DNA from: Planctomycetota bacterium
GTDB taxonomy: Bacteria > Planctomycetota > UBA1135 > UBA2386
Length of the DNA stretch: 64,000 nucleotides
Reading direction: 5' to 3'
NCBI GenBank assembly: GCA_965228735.1
Contig: OZ245838.1
Coordinates: forward strand, 2,592,001-2,656,000
Shown here: piece by piece, positions 38,095 through 46,147 of the stretch
Numbering within the stretch: position 1 is the first letter of the stretch
Layout: each line of letters starts with the position of its first letter
Program-made: the position numbers and the translations under genes
The notes under the pieces: model-generated
Seen by the model: only the letters and a program-made list of their open reading frames with translations
What the model was told of the DNA's origin: nothing
Database searches by the model: none

Positions 38095-40131
38095 ATGCCT
38101 AGGGCCAAGGGCACCCCGCTGCGCGCGTTCGCGATCTTCTTCCTCGCGGCGGTCATCGGTGTCGGCGGCGGCGTGCTGGGCTCCGGTTTCCAGCACGGCC
38201 TGTCGGCGATCCAGCGCCTGCTCACGGGCATGGAGCCCGACGAGCAACTGTCCGATGCGGTCGCCTCCAACCTCACGTGGTGGCAGACGCTGCTCGTGCC
38301 GACCGTCGGCGGGCTCGCGGCCGGCTGTGTGATCCTGCTCCTGCGCGGCAAGAAGCCACCGTTCGGCATCGCCGACATCGTCGTGCTCGTGCAGCTGCGC
38401 AAGGGCGTGATCCGGTTGCGCGAGAGCATCGTGCAGATCGTCGCGTCGGCGTGCACGATCGGCACGGGCGGCAGCATCGGCCGCGAGGGCGCCAACTCGC
38501 ACATCGCCGCGACGATCGCGTCGCTGCTCGCGCGCTGGACGCGAGTCGGCTCGCGGTCGCGCTCCGTCCTCGTCGGCTGCGGCGTCGCGGCCGGGATGGC
38601 GACGTCCTACAACGCGCCGATCGCGGGCGCGATCTTCGTGATGGAGGTCGTGCTCGGCAACTTCGCGATGGACGTGTTCGCGCCGATCGTCGTGGCATCG
38701 GTGCTCGCGACGATGGTGCGCACCGAGCTCCTCGGGCCGGAGGCGATCTACAGCGAGAGCCTCGCGAACGCCAAGCTCGAAGTCGAGCAGGGCCTCGTCC
38801 TGACCGCGATCGTGCTCGGGATGTTCTGCGGCTTCGGCGGCCTGTTCTTCCGCTTCGCGCTGGCTTCCGGCCGCCGGCTCTTCGCCGGCCTGCGGCTGCC
38901 GCCGCCGTTCGCGCTCGCGGTGGGCGGTCTCGTCGTCGGCGGCATCGGCATCTGGGTGCCGGAGACCTGGGGCAACGGCTTCGAGGTGATCGACACGATC
39001 GCCAAGGGACCGACGATCACGCTCGTCGCGATGCTGCTGGTCCTGAAGGTGGTCACGACGGTCAGCACCGTCGGCTCGGGCGGGCTGGGCGGCATCTTCA
39101 CGCCCAACCTGGTGATCGGCGCCGCGTTCGGCGCGTTCTTCATCTACGGGATCGACCCGCTGATCAGCACCGACAGCGCGGACCTCAATCTCGGCACGAA
39201 GATCGCCGTGTTCGCCTTCGTCGGCATGGCCGGGCTCACGTCCGCCACGATGCACGCGCCGGTGACGGCCGTCGTGCTGATCTTCGAGCTCACGGGCCAC
39301 TACGAGATCGTGCTGCCCGCGATGCTCTGCAGCATCGTCGCGAGCATCACGTCGTCGTTCGTCGATCAGGACAGCTACTACACGGCCGCGATCCGCGACC
39401 GCGGCGAGGAGGTGCCGGCCGGCATCGAGGACATGGCGATCCGCAGCACGTTCGCGCGCGACGTGATGCGCACGGACCTGCACACCGTCAAGCACACGGC
39501 GAGCTTCGACGAGGTGATGGAGCTGCTCGGCAACCACCGCGGCGACACGATCTACGTGCTCGACGACGACGATCGCCTGAGCGGCCGCATCGAGCTGCAG
39601 GACGTGAAGAACTTCATCAACGACCCGACGCTGAGCTCCGTCGTGATCGCGGCGGACCTCACGCGCACGGCGCCCGTGGCGACGTCGGACGACTCGATCG
39701 CCGCGCTCATGCCGCGCTTCGACGATCCCGAGCTGCGTGAGATCGTCGTCATCGACGGCCACCAGACGAAGCGCCCGCTCGGGCGCGTGCGCCACCTCGA
39801 CGTCATCACGACGATCGGCAGCGAGGTGCTCGGCCCGCAACGGCGCAGCACCAGGCTGACGGTCGGCGATCACGACAGGCGCGATCTACGGCTGCCGCGC
39901 GGCCACGAGTTCGCCGCGATCGCGCTGCCCGACGCCTGGGTCGGTCACGCGATCGACGCGTTGCCGGTCGACGACCGCCACGAGCTCGTCGTCGTGAGCA
40001 TCATCCGGACCGAGGACGGCCGCGAACGGACGCACGCCGCGCATCCCGAGTTCGTGCTCGCAGAAGGCGACCAGGTCGTCGTCCTCGGCGCCGCCAACGC
40101 GATCCGCAAGCTGCGCCACCGGCGCGACTGA
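38095..40131 (+). CDS. ClC chloride channel/transporter with CBS pair and TrkA-C-like domain
   Basis: GGSIGREG, YNAPIAG.IF..E, GG.GGIFTP, HAPVT.....ELTG.Y, C-terminal CBS and ..GD.VVVLG. Confidence 0.93.
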   Translation: MPRAKGTPLRAFAIFFLAAVIGVGGGVLGSGFQHGLSAIQRLLTGMEPDEQLSDAVASNLTWWQTLLVPTVGGLAAGCVILLLRGKKPPFGIADIVVLVQLRKGVIRLRESIVQIVASACTIGTGGSIGREGANSHIAATIASLLARWTRVGSRSRSVLVGCGVAAGMATSYNAPIAGAIFVMEVVLGNFAMDVFAPIVVASVLATMVRTELLGPEAIYSESLANAKLEVEQGLVLTAIVLGMFCGFGGLFFRFALASGRRLFAGLRLPPPFALAVGGLVVGGIGIWVPETWGNGFEVIDTIAKGPTITLVAMLLVLKVVTTVSTVGSGGLGGIFTPNLVIGAAFGAFFIYGIDPLISTDSADLNLGTKIAVFAFVGMAGLTSATMHAPVTAVVLIFELTGHYEIVLPAMLCSIVASITSSFVDQDSYYTAAIRDRGEEVPAGIEDMAIRSTFARDVMRTDLHTVKHTASFDEVMELLGNHRGDTIYVLDDDDRLSGRIELQDVKNFINDPTLSSVVIAADLTRTAPVATSDDSIAALMPRFDDPELREIVVIDGHQTKRPLGRVRHLDVITTIGSEVLGPQRRSTRLTVGDHDRRDLRLPRGHEFAAIALPDAWVGHAIDALPVDDRHELVVVSIIRTEDGRERTHAAHPEFVLAEGDQVVVLGAANAIRKLRHRRD

Positions 40132-40192
40132 ACGGGGCGCGCGATCGGAATCGCCCTGGTGCGGCGCGGGCCGCGAGCTACCTTGCCGAGAC

Positions 40193-41746
40193 ATGAAGCG
40201 CCGGACCGCTGCCGCCCTGATGATCACCCGTGGGACGGGCCAGGAGACCGAGGTGTTCCTCGCGGAACGCGCGCAGCAGCTCCGGTTCTTCGGCGGCTAC
40301 CACGCGTTCCCCGGCGGCACCGTCGATCCGGAGGACGGCACACCGAACGACGGCGATGACCGCGCCGTGATCCAGGAGTGCGGCCGCCGGGAGCTGTTCG
40401 AAGAGACCGGGCTCGTCTGGCAGCGACTCACCCCCGACCGCACTCCGGCCGAGCTCGAAGGCATCCGCCGGGCGCTGCTCGCGCGCGATGCCGGGAAGAG
40501 CAAGCCGACCGGTGACGACGAGAGCGACGGCGACGGTGCGAAGTGGTCGGACCTCGCACCGGCGATCGACGGCGCGCCGCTGCGCGAGCTCTGCCGCGTG
40601 GAGACGCCGCCGTTCGCGCCGGTGCGCTACGACACGGTGTTCTGCCACGTGCCGGTCGAAGCATGCCGCGACCTGCAGGGCAACACGCCCGGGCAGCCCG
40701 AGGTCTGGACCGGCGAGCTGACGAGCGGCCGCTTCTGGCGCCCGGCCGACGCGCTCGCCGCGTGGCGCGGCGGCGAGATCTTCATCGTGCCGCCGGTCGT
40801 CATCATGCTCGAGCACCTCGACGCCTGCGGCGGTGATCTCGAAGCGTTCGCCGCGGACGTCGAGCGCACGACGGCCGAGTACCGGGCGGGCCGCCTGCAC
40901 CAGGTGCGCTTCTCGCCGGGCATCGTGCTCGCCCCGCTGCTCACCCCGACGCTGCCGCCCGCGACCACGACCAACTGCTACGTCGTCGGCCGGGATCGAC
41001 TGTTCGTCATCGACCCCGGCTCGCCGAAGCCCGCAGAGCAGCAGCGCCTCGACGCGCTGCTGACCGAACTCGAAGGGACCGGCAGCAAGGTCGAAGGCAT
41101 CCTGCTCACTCATCACCACCCGGATCACATCGGCGGCGTCGTCGCACTGAGCCAGGCGCGCAACCTGCCGGTCCACGGCCACCCGCTGACGCTCGACCGG
41201 CTGCCCGTGGGCTTCATCCGCGGCGACGAACTCACGGACGGCAGCACGATCGAGCTCGGCGTGGCACCGGACGGCAGCGCCGACTGGCGGCTGACGGCGA
41301 TCCACACGCCGGGCCATGACCGCGGCCACCTGTGCTTCCGCGAGTCACGCTATGACGCGGTGATCGTCGGCGACATGTTGTCGACGATCAGCACGATCAT
41401 CATCGACCCACCCGAAGGCCATCTCGCGACCTACCTGCAGAGCCTCGAACGCCTCGCGGAGTTGCCGATCAGCACGCTCTATCCCGCCCACGGCCCCGCG
41501 ATGCGGCACGGCCAACGGCTCGTGAACCAGTACGTGCGGCACCGTCGCCAGCGCGAGAGCGCGCTCGTGAAGTCGTTGGCGGAAGGCGGCGGCACGATCG
41601 AAGCGCTCGTGCCCAAGGTCTACTGGGACGCCGACCCGCGGCTGTATCGCTTCGCCGCGCGGTCGCTCCTCGCCGGCCTCGAGAAGCTCGAGGAAGAAGG
41701 CCGCGCCGGCCGCGAGGGCGACGTCTGGAGCAGCACCGGGGCATGA
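40193..41746 (+). CDS. NUDIX hydrolase - metallo-beta-lactamase (LACTB2-like) fusion
   Basis: FPGG.VD..D...RELFEETG; TLPPAT.TNCY, THHHPDHIGG, HTPGH..GH, GD, PAHG. Confidence 0.9.
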   Translation: MKRRTAAALMITRGTGQETEVFLAERAQQLRFFGGYHAFPGGTVDPEDGTPNDGDDRAVIQECGRRELFEETGLVWQRLTPDRTPAELEGIRRALLARDAGKSKPTGDDESDGDGAKWSDLAPAIDGAPLRELCRVETPPFAPVRYDTVFCHVPVEACRDLQGNTPGQPEVWTGELTSGRFWRPADALAAWRGGEIFIVPPVVIMLEHLDACGGDLEAFAADVERTTAEYRAGRLHQVRFSPGIVLAPLLTPTLPPATTTNCYVVGRDRLFVIDPGSPKPAEQQRLDALLTELEGTGSKVEGILLTHHHPDHIGGVVALSQARNLPVHGHPLTLDRLPVGFIRGDELTDGSTIELGVAPDGSADWRLTAIHTPGHDRGHLCFRESRYDAVIVGDMLSTISTIIIDPPEGHLATYLQSLERLAELPISTLYPAHGPAMRHGQRLVNQYVRHRRQRESALVKSLAEGGGTIEALVPKVYWDADPRLYRFAARSLLAGLEKLEEEGRAGREGDVWSSTGA

Positions 41747-42936
41747 CCGACGTCGCGGCTCTGGGCCCGCCGCCAGAACGGCTCGGCACGGGACGCCTGA
41801 GCGCGCTCGCCGTCGCGATCTTCCTGCTGATGATGCCGGAGACCCTGCCGGTCCCGGTGCTGCGCGACCTCGTCATCGACCGCTTCGGTGTCAGCGACGC
41901 CCAGGCCTCGCTGTTCATGGTCGCGAACATGCTCGGCGCGCTCGTTGCCGCGCCGCTCGCGGGGCTCTGGGTCGATCGTTCGGGTCAGCGGCGACGGCTC
42001 TGCATCATCGCGCTGCTCGGCGACGCGGTCCTGATGCAGGCGCTCGCGCACCCCGCGAGCTATCCGACGTTCCTGCTGATCCGCGTCGCCGAAGGCGCGT
42101 GTCACATCACCGCGCTCACGATGCTGATGAGCCTGATCGCCGACCGCGCCGGCGAACGACGCGGCCGCGCGCTCGGCGCGCTCGGCGTCGGCCTCACGCT
42201 CGGCGTCGCGACGGGCGCGGCGGTCGGCGGGATCATCGGCAAGTCCGACCCACTGCTGACGCTGCACGTCGCGAGCGCGTTGCTCGTCGTCGCGGCGATC
42301 GTCTGCGCCCTGCTCCTGCCGCGCGACGTGCCGCCGGTGAAGCGCCCCGGGTTCCGCGAGGTGCTCGTCGCGTTCCGCGACTCCCCGACCGTTCGCGCGC
42401 CGCTCGCGCTCGCGTTCATCGACCGCTTCACGGTCGGCTTCTTCACGACCGGTTTTCCGCTGCTCCTCGCCGGCGTGCACGACGTCGACCGGCGCACGAT
42501 TGGCATGCTGCTCGCGGCGTTTCTGTTTCCGTTCGGCCTGCTGTCGTATCCGTTCGGACGACTCGCCGAACGCTGGTCGCGCCGGCGCCTCGTCGGCATC
42601 GGCAGCGTGCTCTACGGCCTCGGCGTGATCAGCGTCGGCGTCACTCCCCCGGCCGGGCTCTGGGCCGTCATGCCGCTGCTCGGGCTCGGCTCGGCGGTCA
42701 TGTTCATCCCGACGCTGCTGTGGCTGCTCGAACGCGCCCCGGGCATCGGCCGCAGCACCGCGATGGCGTCGTTCCACGCGGCGGGTTCGCTCGGCTTCCT
42801 GCTCGGCCCGCTCGCGTGCGGCGCGCTCGTATCGCTCTCCGACGACCCGTCGACGGGCTACGTGATCGCGTTCGCCGTCGCCGGCTTCACCGAGATCATC
42901 GGCGCGCTGCTCGTCGTCCGCGCGGTGCGGCGGTGA
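41743..42936 (+). CDS. MFS transporter
   Basis: About 12 hydrophobic segments; G.WVDRSGQRR and GRLAERWSRR motif-A variants. Confidence 0.92.
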   Translation: MTDVAALGPPPERLGTGRLSALAVAIFLLMMPETLPVPVLRDLVIDRFGVSDAQASLFMVANMLGALVAAPLAGLWVDRSGQRRRLCIIALLGDAVLMQALAHPASYPTFLLIRVAEGACHITALTMLMSLIADRAGERRGRALGALGVGLTLGVATGAAVGGIIGKSDPLLTLHVASALLVVAAIVCALLLPRDVPPVKRPGFREVLVAFRDSPTVRAPLALAFIDRFTVGFFTTGFPLLLAGVHDVDRRTIGMLLAAFLFPFGLLSYPFGRLAERWSRRRLVGIGSVLYGLGVISVGVTPPAGLWAVMPLLGLGSAVMFIPTLLWLLERAPGIGRSTAMASFHAAGSLGFLLGPLACGALVSLSDDPSTGYVIAFAVAGFTEIIGALLVVRAVRR

Positions 42937-42946
42937 GCGTAGTCGG

Positions 42947-43516
42947 CTATCGAACGATGTCGACCGCGAGCCGCTGCGTCGTGAGCACCTGGGTGCCAGT
43001 CGCGTCGAAGTGCGCACCCTGGAAGTAGAGGGTCATCGCCGGCAGGCTCTCGCGCAGAGGGAACGGGAACGCGACGTCCGGCCCGAAGCCGACCCCCAGC
43101 GTACCGAGGCTCGACGGGCCGACGTTGGGCACGAGCAGGAAACAACTCGGGCGCACGGGCGGCACGCCCGCAAGCGACGCGGTGTGCGGCGTCAACGCGA
43201 TGATCGTCGCGGCGAGCGCGTTCTGGGGCAGCCCGGCCATCCGCACGCCGCAATTCTCGTCGCCGACGAGCACGCTGCCGTACCAACCGAACTGCGCCGT
43301 CGAGCCGCACGTCGGCCCGCTCAGGTTCGGCGGCAGCTCCTGCGCGTGCTCGAAGTCGTAGACCCACGTCACGGACCCGAACCCGTGAATCCCCGTGTAG
43401 CCGACGATGAACTTGTCCGCGTCGTCGTCGAACGTGATCGCCCCCGAACGGCTGAGTTGCCCCGGCGAGAACGGCAACGTCAACCAGGACCGGCAACCGA
43501 ACGAACGAATCTGCAT
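42947..43516 (-). pseudogene. 5'-truncated paralog fragment of the upstream secreted protein (C-terminal ~190 aa only)
   Basis: Aligns by eye to the C-terminus of the 43637 gene (GA..F.D..D.F...Y; LYFQGAHFDA..T.V.TTQRLAV); no signal peptide. Confidence 0.6.
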
Positions 43517-43636
43517 GTCTCATCGCACCCGCCTCGTCGCCTCGCGACCGAGTGAGAACGAGCCAGGACGATGGCGACCGACTTGTCCCTGCGATCGCCA
43601 CCATCCCGTCTCCAAAGGAATCCCGCGCGCCGATCG

Positions 43637-45904
43637 CTACTTCGCGAACGGCACCGCGAGACGTTGTGTCGTGAAGACCTCGGTGGCAGCGGCGTCGAAA
43701 TGGACACCCTGGAAGAAGAGCGTCCCCGGGCCGAGCCACTCCGGCAGATCGATCGCGTAGGCGAGGTCCCCGAATCCGATCGGCATGGTTGCCAGGAACG
43801 ACGGTCCGGAGCTCGGCACGTTGAGCCAGCAGCCCGGATGCACGATGGGCAGACCGATCGGCTGGTTGATGAAGTCGAACGCGACGAGGATCGTGCCGAG
43901 CGCGCCGGCCGGACCGCCGATCATCCGGATCTCGCTGCCGGCGTCGCCGATCAGTTGCGTGCCGTGCCAATCGAGGGTCGCCGGGCTGCAGCCGACGCCG
44001 CCGAGGATCAGCGGCCCCGCCGCCACGTGCTCGAATCGGTTCATGAAGACCGCGGAGTGACTCGTCGAGTTGTAGGCCAGCTGGAAACCGTCGGTGCCGT
44101 CGTGGAAGGCAACCGCGCCGGCGTTGGTTCCGAGCTGCGACGTTGCCACGGTCTCGGCGCGCAGGAACGCGCCCGTGTAGCCGATGAGCCGCAGGTAGAC
44201 GTTGTTCGTGACGGTGCTGCGCAGCGTGAACAACGCGTGGCTCCCGGTCCGACGGTCGAAATCGAACCCCGTGAGCACGAGCCGCGCATCGGCTTCGTCG
44301 TAATGCGCATCACCGGGGCCGATGGCGTAGCCGGACGCGTGCCAGTGCACCGGCCAGGTCCGGATGCGGTGGCCGTTCTCCGCCGCAGGCCGCGACCCCA
44401 CGTCACCCGGCCGCGCCCGCATGCAGGCGACGAAGAAGTCGTCGTCCTGGCCCCCGAGGCGCGGCGCCATCTCGTGGAACCCGTTGCCGGCGAACATCGA
44501 GAAGACCGGCCCGGAGCTGCCGTTGCGCCCGACCCGACGGAATTCGATGTCCCAGTCGACGTGCGGGCTGGTGAGCGAATTGTGTCGGATCGCCTGCCAC
44601 CCCACGTGGACGTGTTGCGCCGCGTCGTGAACGTCCGTGACGTCGGGACGTTCGTAGTCTTCGGCGCTCGAATCCATGATCCGGAACGCCGCCCCCGCCG
44701 ACCCGACCGCGAGGTCGATCTCGACGCCGAAGATCGCGCTGGTCGGCGTCGCGCCGAACGTCGCCCCGCGTTCGACCTGGAACACCACCACGAGCGGCAG
44801 CGGCGAGAAGATGTTGAGGTTGGAAGACACCCGCGGGCGCCAGGCGTGGTCCGAGCCGGTATCGACGAACGCGATCGAGTGGGTCTGGGCGTAGGACCCC
44901 CCTTCATGGCGGTGGAAGCGGAGCCTGCAGCTGCCGTTCGAGAAGTGCCGCGCGAACACCAGGACGGTCGCGTGCTCGTGCACGCTCTGCCCCACGTCCG
45001 GCGTGATCGAGGATCAGCCGCTCGCCAGGTCCGTGTAGCAGGTGATGCGGTTGTTGCCGTCATAGTCGACGCGCCACATCTCGAGGTCCGCATCGGTCGC
45101 CGAGGCCCAACGCACCTGGGCGTGCCACGTGTCGCCCGGCGGCAGGTAGGTGCACGTCATCGCCATGTCGCCCACGGGCGCGCCGTGCTGCACGATGAGC
45201 GCGATCCCGACGAGCGGATCCACGACGACCGGATACTGCGCCGCTCTGAGCCAGCCGGCGTCGAGTCGCAGCGTCACCTCGCCGCCGTCGACGGCCGTCG
45301 TCATCGGCCGGGTGTCGCCACGCGCGTCGATCGCGGTCGCGGCGCCGTAGCGCAGGACGGCGTTGCCGGCTGCATCATGGAACAGCACGTCGCCGTGCGC
45401 GGCCCCGCGATCCGTCGCCGACAGGGGCCCAGTGACGCGACCACGGATCACGAGTTCGCCCCCGTTGCGGGGCGGCGCGGTCAGCACGAACGTCTGTTCG
45501 ACCCCCTCGTCGCGCACGTCCCAGGCCTCGACGATCCCACCGAGGTCGTACTCGGCGCGGAACGCGGTGTGCGACAGCCGCGGTGCCTGCGTGCAGAGCT
45601 CCGTTTCGCCCACGGTGGCGGAGACCGTTCGCCACCGCCAGTCCTGGTTGCGCTCGTAGCCGCGCCCCAGGTACGGCACGACGGTGGCGCCGTCGTGGAA
45701 CGACACCTTGTAGGCCGCACCGCTCGCCCAGATCCCGTATTCGATCCCGCCGTCGGCCGCGGCCGTGTGGATCGCCGTCGCGCCGAACGGCACCGCGACG
45801 CCGCTCGCGGGCCGCTGCGGCTCCAGCTGAGCGTCGAGCGGCACGGGCAGCGCCAGCGAGCTCGAGATCGTGATAAGCGCCGTCCACCGGTTGCGTTCGA
45901 GTAT
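43637..45904 (-). pseudogene. Secreted ~755-codon protein gene with an in-frame TGA (45014-45016) and an ATA in the start position
   Basis: Track ORFs 45014.. and 43637..44995 are in the same frame, separated by one TGA (TDLASG*SSITP). AAGGA-N6-ATA precedes a signal peptide (LERNRWTALITISSSLALPVPLDAQ). Confidence 0.75.
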
Positions 45905-46004
45905 GTGTCGTCCTTGCCAACGGCGGCTCGCGCCCGGCCGGATGCGACCACGCGGCGAACCCGGTTCGTCGAGGCCGGCGGAGCGGAGCCGGACCGGCCG
46001 CCCT

Positions 46005-46102
46005 AGCGCCGCAGTCCTGCCGAACCGGACAGCCCGACCGCAGATTTGCGTACTGCGTCGAAAACGCCGGATTTCCTGTCCGGTCCTGCACCGCGCGGCG
46101 CT
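46005..46102. promoter_or_regulatory. Divergent pair of bipartite motifs CTGTCCGGT-N10/11-GCGGCGCT, candidate ECF sigma promoters
   Basis: Plus strand 46076-46102: ctgtccggt cctgcaccgc gcggcgct. Minus strand 46032-46005: ctgtccggt tcggcaggact gcggcgct. Confidence 0.5.
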
Positions 46103-46147
46103 GAAGGCCCGCGCTTCGCCGCCGCGCGATACGCTCATGACGGCGAT

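Noticed and set aside
44960..45016. Selenocysteine recoding of the in-frame TGA (a GCGTGC-ACGA-GCACGC hairpin lies ~27 nt downstream on the minus strand)
   Set aside because: The context is not a redox motif, such hairpins are common at this GC content, and the start codon also appears damaged. A nonsense mutation is more parsimonious.
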